Origin: an uncultured bacterium | GTDB taxonomy: Bacteria > Oederibacteriota > PGYV01 > CAWJRG01 | Direction of reading: 5' to 3' | NCBI GenBank assembly: GCA_963845185.1 | Contig: CAWJRG010000010.1 | Location: forward strand, 352,001-416,000 | DNA length: 64,000 nucleotides | Shown here: positions 49,641-58,969 of the stretch, piece by piece | Layout: the number at the start of each line of letters is the position of its first letter | Position numbering within the stretch: position 1 is the first letter of the stretch | Notes under the pieces: generated by a model | What the model saw: the letters and a program-made list of their open reading frames with translations, nothing else | Told to the model about the DNA's origin: nothing | Databases searched by the model: none | Made by a program: the position numbers and the translations under genes

Positions 49641-51173
49641 TTATTGGCGTGTAACAACACGTATGCCGTTGCCAACTATAGATGAGTCGGCCGGGAAGTC
49701 GTCCCAACGGAAGCCAACCTGGAGGTTGGACGCGTCATAGTGATAGTTACCACCCCTCATTATACGGTTAGAGCCGCTCGTTGCGCCTTTATAATCAATT
49801 TCACCAGCGGCAGGATAAGCCGCATACCAATCCCAGCACCACTCGTATAAATTGCCCGACATATCATAGATGCCCAGGGCATTTGGCGCTTTAGTGCCCA
49901 CAGGCTGTGTTCCGCCGCTTGCATTAAAAAGAAACCACGCTACAAGCGCAGTTGCTGTCGTGTCAGAATAAACGTCTGTTGCGCCGCTTGCATAGTTGGG
50001 CGGAGTGCCTGTATAACTTGCCGCGTACTGGTACTCGCCTTCTGTAGGCAGCCTGTAACCGTTCGCGGCCCAGTTCACATACGGATTATCAAAACATCCG
50101 GCGGCAGTACAGGTAGTAGTGCTATAGCTCCCGCTTACAGATGATGTAATTGGCTGGGCAAATGCCGAGTCATAATAGTAAACAGGCGTTAAACCCTTAT
50201 ATTGGCTATATGCGTTACACCACACTATGGCATCCCTCCAGTTTATCTTTGTTACCGGCTGATTTACAGTAACCGGCGCTGCCCCGGGTGTCCCGCTGCC
50301 TGCCTCCTCCATGCCATAATTTTGAAATGCATAACTTGTGGCCCATATGCGCACCGTGTACCATAAATTATAGGTCAGCAGGTATTTCCCTATATTAAAA
50401 GCAGAAATTGTATGCGCAAAACTGTTTCCGCTTGTATCTTCCTGTACATATGTCCCGCCCGGAACCGAAACAAGTACTGAATAATCAATCGTAGCAGTTG
50501 GTGTTGCCGTAAAAGTAGGCGTCACTGTTGGTGTAGCCGTTATCGTCGTTGTAGCTGTCCATAAAGCCGCTGCTGCTGTCTGCTGCTGGGCCACTATCGT
50601 CGCTATTGCCGCGGCTGTCTGCGTCTGGTCCGGCGTATTTATGTTGGTAGGTGTTGCTGTTATTGTAGGCGTTATTGTAACAGTGCATGTCGCGGTATAT
50701 CCGACTGCCGCTGCTGTTTGCTGCTGCGCAATCATTGTCAAAATCGAAGCGGCTGTCTGTGTCGCGTTCGGCGTCAACGTATTTGTAAAAGTGCTTGTCG
50801 CGGTATATCCGGCCGCTGCTGCTGTCTGTTGCTGCGCTATTATAGTAAGTACAGCTGCCTGCGTAAGCGCCACATTCGGCGTGCCGGTGGCAGTATACCC
50901 TGCTGAAATAGCTGTCTGCTGCTGGGCAATCATTGTGAGCACTGCCGCTTCTGTCTGGGCAATGTTCGGTGTCGCGCTGATTGTCGGAGTCGATGTCGGC
51001 GAATACAGCTTTATTATTTCTGTCTGTGTGGCGTTTGTCCCTGCTGCCGCTGTCAATGCCGCGTTTACCGTAGCTGCCACATTTGGCGTGGACGGGTTGT
51101 TTGTTTTCGAGCAGGAATTGGAAAGGATTGCGAATAATAGAATTCCGGCTGCGATTATCCCGGGCTTTTTCAT
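49641..51173 (-). CDS. Lipoprotein, T/A/Q stalk + FGE-sulfatase/SUMF1 domain
   Basis: SNSC lipobox; GYRLPTEGEY, PNALGIYDMSGNLYEWCWD. Confidence 0.88.
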   Translation of the reverse strand: MKKPGIIAAGILLFAILSNSCSKTNNPSTPNVAATVNAALTAAAGTNATQTEIIKLYSPTSTPTISATPNIAQTEAAVLTMIAQQQTAISAGYTATGTPNVALTQAAVLTIIAQQQTAAAAGYTATSTFTNTLTPNATQTAASILTMIAQQQTAAAVGYTATCTVTITPTITATPTNINTPDQTQTAAAIATIVAQQQTAAAALWTATTTITATPTVTPTFTATPTATIDYSVLVSVPGGTYVQEDTSGNSFAHTISAFNIGKYLLTYNLWYTVRIWATSYAFQNYGMEEAGSGTPGAAPVTVNQPVTKINWRDAIVWCNAYSQYKGLTPVYYYDSAFAQPITSSVSGSYSTTTCTAAGCFDNPYVNWAANGYRLPTEGEYQYAASYTGTPPNYASGATDVYSDTTATALVAWFLFNASGGTQPVGTKAPNALGIYDMSGNLYEWCWDWYAAYPAAGEIDYKGATSGSNRIMRGGNYHYDASNLQVGFRWDDFPADSSIVGNGIRVVTRQ

Positions 51174-51265
51174 GATTAATGCCTCCCTTTAAATAATTTT
51201 CATATATTTTATCATTTACTCCGCCCCTGTCAAACAAAAAAAGCCCGGAGCTTTCGCCCCGGGGC
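51174..51265 (-). repeat. Conserved unit leader (copy 5)
   Basis: As 41866-41955. Confidence 0.85.
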
Positions 51266-51392
51266 TGTTGTTTTTAATATTATTCCATTTGGCATTTCTT
51301 TAATATTTCCTTCCGAACATCTTTAAGAACTATGTTTGAACTCTTTTTGAACTCCTTGCGGACATCCTCAAAGAACTCTTTCCGGGCGTTAT

Positions 51393-52628
51393 TTAGGTTT
51401 GATGCTGTTTTTCCAGTATTTTTTCCGTATTCATAAAAAATTCTTCTGCTTCAAGACATTTCGTATCTGATTTATCATGTTTTTTCATGAAAGACACAAC
51501 AACTTTTTCCGTGTTTTTATACCTGTTCGAAAAAATATCCAGCGCAGCCGCGGCCTTGCCTGGATCCCCGGATTTTACTTCCACTGCAATGAGTCTGCCG
51601 CCTATGCTTAATACATAATCAACCTCAAAGTCTCTTTCACGCCAATAAAACAGCTCTCCGCCCTGTTCCTGGGCCAGCCAGTATAATCTGGAACCGACAG
51701 CGTTTTCAAACAGCCTTCCCCGGTAAGCAAGGTCTTTAAACGATTGTTTAAAAGTACGGTTGTTTACGACGCTTATTATTGAATTATCAAGGGAAAGTAT
51801 TTTGGGGCTTGAACTTTTCTGTTTTATCCTGCTTCCGCTGTATTTATCAAGCGGAACAAGAAAAAAAGCATTTGCCATTAATCTTAAATAAAAAGCTATT
51901 GTGGTGGTGTTACCCGCATCCTGCAGTTGCCCCAGCATTTTTTGATAACTGAGTATTTCAGCAGGGTGATTAAGGCAAAGCGCAAAAGCCTGCCTTAACA
52001 AAGCAGGTTTTGTGACCGGATTCATAAGCAGGACATCTTTTGCTATTACAGTTTCAATTATGGCGTCCTTTATATATATTGCCCATCGTCTTATATTTTT
52101 TCTGATTTTTGCGGCCCCGGGATACCCGCCGTAATAAATATAATCATTTAGGGTAAATTTAAAAAATTCTTTGCACTCCTCATAAGACCAGTGGCTGTGC
52201 CTGTTTATTTCAAATCTTCCGGCAAGGCTTTCTGTCAATCCGCGCTGCATTAACAAAGATGACGAGCCTAAAATTACTATTCTTACGCGTGCCTGTTCTC
52301 TTTCATTCTTATCGTAAACATATTTTAGAGTATTGCTCCACCCGGGTATTTTCTGTATTTCATCTATTATTAACAACGTCTCGCGCTTAATCCGTTTCGC
52401 GGCATCGGCGGCAGTGTTATTTAATTCAATTATCCAGTTTCTGCTCTCCGCGCCGGGCGCGTCTGCGGTCGCGTAAAAACTCGGCCCCTTCCAACTGTCT
52501 TTAATCTGCAATACGAGCGTAGTTTTGCCCGTCTGCCTAGGCCCAATTAAAGCCTGTATAAACCGCGGCCCCCGGTTTAATTTTCCATTTATCTCTTTGT
52601 ACTGTTTTTTCCGCAAATATATTTTCAT
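51393..52628 (-). CDS. AAA_14 ATPase with DUF4143 domain
   Basis: GPRQTGKT, IIDEIQ, GSS, ESLAGR, GGYP, FEN, EVDYV..VEVKS. Confidence 0.9.
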   Translation of the reverse strand: MKIYLRKKQYKEINGKLNRGPRFIQALIGPRQTGKTTLVLQIKDSWKGPSFYATADAPGAESRNWIIELNNTAADAAKRIKRETLLIIDEIQKIPGWSNTLKYVYDKNEREQARVRIVILGSSSLLMQRGLTESLAGRFEINRHSHWSYEECKEFFKFTLNDYIYYGGYPGAAKIRKNIRRWAIYIKDAIIETVIAKDVLLMNPVTKPALLRQAFALCLNHPAEILSYQKMLGQLQDAGNTTTIAFYLRLMANAFFLVPLDKYSGSRIKQKSSSPKILSLDNSIISVVNNRTFKQSFKDLAYRGRLFENAVGSRLYWLAQEQGGELFYWRERDFEVDYVLSIGGRLIAVEVKSGDPGKAAAALDIFSNRYKNTEKVVVSFMKKHDKSDTKCLEAEEFFMNTEKILEKQHQT

Positions 52629-52730
52629 TGTGTTTTATTCTATCACGCGCTAAAAACCTTGTCAACAATTTGCTCAGTCAATTGAGCAAATTGCAGTTCA
52701 ATATTATACGCAAATAGTACTATCCCTGAC

Positions 52731-52937
52731 TATTCCCCGGGTTATTCGACGGATAAAAGTCATCGTGATACTCCAAAATATGTTTTTTTCAAAAGGCAAA
52801 GAGGAGTGCTCAACTATTATAAATCTCCCTGCGGCAGAGACCGCAGGGTATTCTAAAGGCATTGATGATTTGAGTAACCTACGGTTTCTCAAACTCTTCC
52901 CTTACAAGGAAACCCCGTGGCAAGACCGACGGGGAAT
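52731..52937. repeat. Cluster of palindromes resembling IS200/IS605-type non-autonomous ends
   Basis: ccctgcggcagagaccgcaggg and accccgtggcaagaccgacggggaat hairpins. Confidence 0.4.
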
Positions 52938-52964
52938 ATGTTTATTTAATCTGTCCAGACTGTA

Positions 52965-53619
52965 ATCGAGTAGGAGTCTGGCGATTAGTTCACCAGCCGT
53001 CCTCTCACACCACCCTGCATGCGGTTCCGCACAGGGCGGTTCCTGAAAATTATAAACAATTTATGCAGCTAACGGTTTATCCTTCAACCATCCGTTTCCT
53101 GACATCTTTTGTTCCGGGTTACTTAACTCTGCGTTTAGTCCTGGCTCGATTGACACACTCGTTAACATCCATGGCTGATTCCGTCAGCCTCCTATGTGCA
53201 GAGCGGAGGGTTTCTATCCTCTCTTGCTGCGTCTCCTCGTCCTGTAGGTTTCAAAGTTTCTTTTTCTCCCTGTTTTCAAGTTCTGCCCTTCGTTTGTGGC
53301 CTCAAACTACTATGGCTTCTGCTGACTCCTCGAATTTTCCTTCGAGGTCTCCCCAGATATCACACTCCCGCTTTCACGCTTATGCCTGCCGCATCTACGT
53401 CCGTACCTCCCGTGCAAGTACTGGACTTTAGAGACATTGGCCTCCTCATCCGATACGTCCGCCTTATATGCGGTTTCTGTTCGTCAGGCCAGCGCTTTGC
53501 CTTTGGCTTCCTGCGGATTCCACCTCACGGTGGACACCCTTGCCATTAAGCTAACGATTCCCCTTGCCGGGTTCGTGAGGAACTTTCATCCCTTATCGGA
53601 TGTGCGCTGCTGGGCGTAC
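52965..53619 (-). mobile_element. ORF-less group IIC intron downstream of a terminator
   Basis: 5' GTACGCCCAGCA directly after terminator ...CCGGGCTTTTTGTTTG; short domain V AACCGCCCTGTGCGGAACCGCATGCAGGGTGG; 3' CTCCTACTCGAT; 655 nt, no RT. Confidence 0.85.
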
Positions 53620-53654
53620 CAAACAAAAAGCCCGGACTTTCGCCCGGGCCTTTT
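53620..53654 (-). terminator. Rho-independent terminator used as the intron target
   Basis: GGCCCGGGCGAAAGTCCGGGC followed by TTTTTGTTTG. Confidence 0.8.
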
Positions 53655-53814
53655 GCTTTATATTATTCTATTCTGTATTCTGCATTCAGCAAACCATCCA
53701 ACCCTCCGGCCTTCCATTCCTCCGCCTTTATTGCCCCGGGCTTATTACTTTTGCTTTATTCTATATTATATATGGCCTTTGGAATACCGATTACCAAATT
53801 CCAAATCTAAAATA

Positions 53815-54237
53815 TTACGGTTTGAACACTTCAACTATATTATTCCCATAATCTGCGACATACACGTTCCCGCTGCTGTCTACTGCTATTCCTTCAGGTG
53901 CAGAAAACTGCCCGTTACCGGTGCAGCAGCTGCCCCAGGAAGTCACAAACATCGCGGTCATGGTAGCTGTTGCGTTTGCGTTGGCTACCATGGTGCATAT
54001 TGCCTGGGCCGTCTGTGTAGCGTTCGGCTAGGCAGTTGACGTTGCCGTGACTGTCGGCGTGTGCGCGGCCACGGTCTGCGTCTCCTGCGCCGCCATCTGC
54101 GTGTCCACCGTCGCCTGCACGTTCTGCGTGGGCTGGGGCGTCGGTGCCGCAGGGTTGCTGGACTTGGAGCACGCCGGAATAATAACCATTATTAAAATTG
54201 TGGTGAAAGTTAAGAGCGCAAATCTGTTTTTTATCAT
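53815..54237 (-). pseudogene. Short NHL lipoprotein interrupted by an in-frame TAG at 54028-54030
   Basis: PAC lipobox; the same TATSTA*PNATQT block as 43613-44179, continuing to ...VEVFKP*. Confidence 0.78.
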
Positions 54238-54286
54238 TTCAACTCCTCCTATTTATTTCGCCGTATATTTTAAAAACAGCGAAATT

Positions 54287-56134
54287 CTATTGGCTGAACA
54301 CCTCTACATACGGGTCGGCATCCGGATCAACAACATACACTTTGCCGCTGTTGCCAACGGCAATGGCCCACGGATACGCAAACTGCACCGAACTGCCCCA
54401 CATTGTTATAAAATCCAGGTTTGACGTAAATTTCTGCACATCTAAACCTTGAAGATCAACGACATACACATTTCCGCTATTGTCCACTGTTACTCCCTGG
54501 GGATTCTCAAACTGCCCTGGCCCGTTCCCATAAGTTCCCCCAATCCCTTGTACAAATACTCCCATTGACGTGAATTTCCATAGCCCTTCGAGATTAACTA
54601 CATATACATAATTTCCGCTGTTGTCTATGGCTATTCCTGCTGGGAAAGTAGAACTTGTCCAAAGAGGATAACTCCACGACTTTATTAACTCTCCCGTTGG
54701 CGAATATTCCATGACATTATAGCCGGCAAAGACATAGATGTTGCCACTGTTGTCTACTGCTATTGTTTTATTGTCAGTAATACCAGCCAGTGTTTTTATG
54801 CATTCACCTGTTGATGTGAATTCAAATACTCCGCCATTATCAATTAAATAAACATTACCGCTGTTGTCCACCGTTATTCCATCAGGTGGCATATAAAAAT
54901 TCCAGCCGCAGGCGCTGCCGTCCCATGCAATTATAAATTGACCGGCTGACGTAAACTCCTCTATTCTCTTATTGCCTGAGTCCGAGACATACACATTCCC
55001 GTTGTTTTTGTTTACGGCCACGCCACCGGGAACGTAAAGCTGCCCGTCTCCGGAACCGGGGCTGCCCCATGCCGACATGTTCATTGCGGTCATTGTTGCC
55101 GTTTCCTGCGCATTCACCTGCGCTGTTGCCGTTGCCTGCGCATTTGCCTGTGCTGTGGCTGTTTCCTGTGCCTGCGCCTGCGCCGTTTCCGCTGCCTGTT
55201 CCGTCGCAGTTTCTGCCGGTGGCAGCGCTGCCGCTGTCTGCGTCGCCTGCGCCTGCGCTGTTGCTGTGCCAACCACCTGCGCTGTTAACTCTGCCTGCGC
55301 TGCGGCTGTCGCCTGCGCCTGTGCCGTTGCTGTGCCAACCACCTGCGCCGTTAACTCTGCCTGAGCCTGCGTTGTGGCCGTTGCCTGCACCTGCATTATG
55401 GCAGTTAAAGTTGCCTGCGCCTGCGCCGTTGCGCCTGCCGTCAGCAGTATTACAGCTGTCTGTGTAGCCGGCGCCTCTGCCGTCTGCTGTGCCTGCGCGG
55501 TTGCTGTTTCCTGCGTCTGAATTGCCGCTGCTGTCTGCTGCTGCGCCACTATCGTGGCTATTGCCGCCGCTGTCTGCGTCGCGTTTGGCGTAAGAGTATA
55601 TGTATCAGCCAGCACAGCGGTATAAGTACTTGTTGCGCTGTACCCTGCCGCCGCCGCTGTCTGCTGCTGCGCAACTATTGTCGCGATCGCGGCTGCTGTC
55701 TGCGTGGCATTCGGCGTGAGCGTGAAAGTAAATGTAGGCGTCGCGGTATATCCTGCCGCGCCTGCCGTCTGCTGCTGGGCTACAAGCGTCAAAATTGCCG
55801 CTGCTGTCTGCGTAGCGTTCAGCGTCGGGGTAAGCGTAAATGTTACTGTAACGGTATATCCTGCCGCGCCCGCTGTCTGCTGCTGGGCTACAAGCGTCAA
55901 AATTGCCGCTGCTGTCTGCGTAGCGTTCGGAGTATCCGTGATTGTCGGCGTATTTGTCGGTGAATACAGCTTTATTATCATTGTCTGAGTGGCGTTTGCG
56001 TTTGCCTGCGTGGTCATTATTGCGCCGACCGTGCCCTGCACATCGGGCGTGGACGGTGTTTTTGTTTTCGAGCAGGAATTGGAAAGGATTGCGAATAATA
56101 GAATTCCGACTGCGATTATACCGAACTTTTTCAT
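54287..56134 (-). CDS. Lipoprotein, long T/A/Q stalk + NHL propeller
   Basis: SNSC lipobox; VDNSGNVYV repeats. Confidence 0.88.
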   Translation of the reverse strand: MKKFGIIAVGILLFAILSNSCSKTKTPSTPDVQGTVGAIMTTQANANATQTMIIKLYSPTNTPTITDTPNATQTAAAILTLVAQQQTAGAAGYTVTVTFTLTPTLNATQTAAAILTLVAQQQTAGAAGYTATPTFTFTLTPNATQTAAAIATIVAQQQTAAAAGYSATSTYTAVLADTYTLTPNATQTAAAIATIVAQQQTAAAIQTQETATAQAQQTAEAPATQTAVILLTAGATAQAQATLTAIMQVQATATTQAQAELTAQVVGTATAQAQATAAAQAELTAQVVGTATAQAQATQTAAALPPAETATEQAAETAQAQAQETATAQANAQATATAQVNAQETATMTAMNMSAWGSPGSGDGQLYVPGGVAVNKNNGNVYVSDSGNKRIEEFTSAGQFIIAWDGSACGWNFYMPPDGITVDNSGNVYLIDNGGVFEFTSTGECIKTLAGITDNKTIAVDNSGNIYVFAGYNVMEYSPTGELIKSWSYPLWTSSTFPAGIAIDNSGNYVYVVNLEGLWKFTSMGVFVQGIGGTYGNGPGQFENPQGVTVDNSGNVYVVDLQGLDVQKFTSNLDFITMWGSSVQFAYPWAIAVGNSGKVYVVDPDADPYVEVFSQ

Positions 56135-56223
56135 GATTAATTCCTCCCTTTTAATGTTTTCTATATTTTATCACTTATCCCGCTTCTGTCAAACAAAAAA
56201 GCCCGGAGTCTATGCCCCGGGCC
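56135..56223 (-). repeat. Conserved unit leader (copy 6)
   Basis: As 41866-41955, slightly diverged. Confidence 0.8.
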
Positions 56224-56302
56224 TGTTGTTTTTGCATTTATCTATTCTGTATTCGGCATTCAGCATTCAAGCATTCGAATCCAGAATCCCAAATCTTAAA
56301 GA

Positions 56303-57475
56303 TTACGGATGGAATTTTTCGATTCTATTATTTATAGTGTCTGCAACATACACGTTTCCGCTGCTGTCTATTGCTATTCCAGTAGGCTCACTAAACTGCC
56401 CGTTGCTTGTTCCATAACTTCCCCATTGCGTGATATACGTGCCCGTGCTGGTGAATTCCTGGATTCTATAATTGTTTACGTCCGTTACATATACGTTTCC
56501 GCTGCTGTCTATTGCTATCCACCCGGCGCCATTAAACGACCCATTGCCGCTTCCGGGAGTTGTTGCAGAACTGCCCCATTGTGATATATATGCGCCTGTG
56601 CTGGTGAATTCTTCGATTCTGTTATTATAATAATCTGCAACATATACATCTCCGCTGCTGTTTATTGCTATTCCGACAGGCTCATCAAACTGCCCGTTGG
56701 TTATTCCGGGACTGCCCCATTGTGTGATATATGCGCCCGTACTGCTGAATTCTTCGATTCTGTTGCCATTTGTGTCTGAAATATACACGTTTCCGTTGCT
56801 GTCTGTTGCTATTCCCTGGGGATGATTAAACTGCCCGTTGCCCGTTCCTAAACTACCCCATTGTGTGATATATGCGCCTGTACTGCTGAATTCTTCGATT
56901 CTGCTGTTTCCATAGTCTGCAACATACACATTCCCGCTGCTGCCTACTGCTATTCCAGCAGGACCTCTACTGCCAGCAATAGCCCCAAACTGCCCAATGC
57001 CGTTTCCAAAACTGCCCCATTGAGTTATATATGTGCCTGCACTGTTAAATTTCTGGATCCTGTAATTTAAAGTATCTGCAACATATACATCTCCGCTGCT
57101 ATCTACCGCCACTCCATAAGGATAATAAAACTGCCCGTTGCCGCTTCCCTGGCTGCTCCATGTGGTTACAAACATTACGGTCATTGTCGCTGTCTGCTGC
57201 GCTGAAGTTCCGGCTGTCTGCAGCGCAATAGCTGTTTGTGTCGCATTTGCCTGCGCCGTGGTTGTCTGCTGTGCCTGTGCCGTGGCTGTTTCCTGCGCCG
57301 ATAGCCCGGCTGTCTGCAAATAAACTGCCGTGGCTGTTGCCGCCGCAGCCTGCGCTGTGGCTGTCATGTTGGGTGTGTTTGTTGCTGCAGGACGGGTAGG
57401 GGTAGGCAATTTTTTGCAATTGAATATAATTATGAATACAAATAGAATTAATGCCGGGATTAAGATTTTTTTCAT
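56303..57475 (-). CDS. Lipoprotein + NHL six-bladed propeller
   Basis: FNC lipobox; six GQF..P.GIA.DS.G.VYVAD..N.RI repeats. Confidence 0.9.
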   Translation of the reverse strand: MKKILIPALILFVFIIIFNCKKLPTPTRPAATNTPNMTATAQAAAATATAVYLQTAGLSAQETATAQAQQTTTAQANATQTAIALQTAGTSAQQTATMTVMFVTTWSSQGSGNGQFYYPYGVAVDSSGDVYVADTLNYRIQKFNSAGTYITQWGSFGNGIGQFGAIAGSRGPAGIAVGSSGNVYVADYGNSRIEEFSSTGAYITQWGSLGTGNGQFNHPQGIATDSNGNVYISDTNGNRIEEFSSTGAYITQWGSPGITNGQFDEPVGIAINSSGDVYVADYYNNRIEEFTSTGAYISQWGSSATTPGSGNGSFNGAGWIAIDSSGNVYVTDVNNYRIQEFTSTGTYITQWGSYGTSNGQFSEPTGIAIDSSGNVYVADTINNRIEKFHP

Positions 57476-57487
57476 TTAATGCCTCCC

Positions 57488-57587
57488 TTGATTTCGTTTA
57501 CTTTGCCAAGCCGTCAACAGGCGCAGGTAAAGTATTACGAAATCATGTACCCGCTCAAGTCCGAGCCGCAGGTCCGGACAAGCGGTA
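57488..57587 (-). ncRNA. Candidate structured 5'-UTR RNA, copy 4 (before NHL lipoprotein)
   Basis: ACCGCTTGTCCG..CGGACTTGAGCGGGT and TGATTTCGT-aa-TACTTTACC-tgc-GCC-tgttgac-GGC-tt-GGCAAAGTA-a-ACGAAATCA; lies between a consensus promoter and the RBS. Confidence 0.62.
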
Positions 57588-57962
57588 AATTATTAATTGG
57601 TAATTGTTATAATTATACCCCCTTAAAAACGCCCTGTCAAGCAGGGTAAATTTGCCCAATTTAAATGAAATATAATCTGCCAGCGCAAAAAAGCCCGGAG
57701 CTTTGCCCCGGGCTTGTATCTATTACACGCGCTTAAAAAGTCTTTTCGTTATCTTTCCGCCAATCCGACGAAAATCCCTGCCAAAATTTCCCAGATAAAG
57801 TTATTTGCTGCTGCGATAAATTAATTTTATATAGTAATTTTTGTCATTAATAAACAGCGCGGAAGATGTCTTGAATATGCCCTTGACAAAGATATGAAGT
57901 TGACTATATTATTGCTATAATTTTATATGTTATAATAGAATCACCAGTAAAAAGGAGGGTTT

Positions 57963-58769
57963 ATGAAACATTTAAAATTAATTTCCCTGTCGGGTATTCT
58001 TATTGCTTTTACAATATTTTCAGCATCAGTGAGAGCCGATGAAGACTCATATGCTTCATATGAAAATTATTCAAGTATCCTTATTAAAATGCAATGGAAT
58101 ATATCATCTTCTTCCGACATTTTTTCACCGGCACTATATGGAGGTGGATTTTTCTATAATAGCCCTGTCTTTAATTTCGGCGGGTATGCCGGTTATCTTT
58201 ATAATAATTCTGTATATGGATCATTCGGCACAGCCAGCGGCCTTGGCGCTGAAATAAAGGCCGGAATAAATCTGCTTAAATATTTCAATTCGCAGGCGGA
58301 TTATTGTGTAATAGACGCAAATTATGAGCACAGTGATTTTTTTTCCAAAACAACAACGACTATTTGGCACCTCGAACAAGGAAAGAGCCTTTTCACAATT
58401 TGCCCCTACGCAGGCGCTGATTATAACAACTGGACCGAATATTTCCCGGAGCAAATTCAAATCAATGCTATGGAAAATATATTATTTTTCGAGATAGAGT
58501 TGAAAAATAAATTCTTTTATAAAGATTATCCGGCTGTAAGTTTTCGCGAGGCTTATATGAATTTATGTGATTTCCGTTTTATTGCGCGCTTATTTTATGA
58601 CATTTCAAACGGGGCGTCATATACAAACAGAAACATTCCAGGAATGATGTTTACTCTTAACGACGCGATGCTTTCTTTTTCATACGCCTATTATTTTAAC
58701 GGGCTCTCAAGGATATTCCTTGGCGTTGATTTTCCAATAGACATATTTACGCCGGAACCGAATTATTAA
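57963..58769 (+). CDS. Hypothetical secreted, possibly outer-membrane, protein
   Basis: Signal peptide, aromatic-rich, AGGAGG RBS. Confidence 0.7.
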   Translation: MKHLKLISLSGILIAFTIFSASVRADEDSYASYENYSSILIKMQWNISSSSDIFSPALYGGGFFYNSPVFNFGGYAGYLYNNSVYGSFGTASGLGAEIKAGINLLKYFNSQADYCVIDANYEHSDFFSKTTTTIWHLEQGKSLFTICPYAGADYNNWTEYFPEQIQINAMENILFFEIELKNKFFYKDYPAVSFREAYMNLCDFRFIARLFYDISNGASYTNRNIPGMMFTLNDAMLSFSYAYYFNGLSRIFLGVDFPIDIFTPEPNY

Positions 58770-58889
58770 ATACGGCATTGCCCTTATGCCAGCGCCATGC
58801 GCTTTGCCATAATTTTTTTTGTATGAACCAGTAATTCCCGTTAAGCATTCATTGCCAAGCAGTGAATTTTTAAAAGTCTTAGCGCAATT

Positions 58890-58923
58890 AAAAAAGCCCG
58901 GAGCTTGCGGCCCCGGGCTTTTA
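58890..58923. terminator. Bidirectional terminator between convergent genes
   Basis: AAAAAAGCCCGG..CCGGGCTTTT. Confidence 0.7.
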
Positions 58924-58969
58924 TATGATATTCGTGCTTAAAACTGCTTAAAAATGCTGTTTTTTTAGG

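Noticed and set aside
31411..51173. Diversity-generating retroelement (RT plus two SUMF1/C-lectin-fold genes)
   Set aside because: The RT has group II intron features (YADD, domain X, flanking DV/DVI). I found no template repeat differing only at adenines from either SUMF1 3' end, and no avd-like gene. A remote DGR outside the window cannot be excluded.
43967..54030. Genome-wide TAG reassignment
   Set aside because: TAG terminates several intact genes here (e.g. at 40633, 44253, 54287) where the domains end.
53063..54039. Plus-strand ORFs over the IIC intron
   Set aside because: Antisense to structured intron RNA, with no protein features.
41866..56223. Integron cassette array or CRISPR array
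   Set aside because: The repeats are terminator-promoter-RBS leaders separated by kb-size genes; no attC GTTRRRY/RYYYAAC structure, integrase or cas genes were seen.
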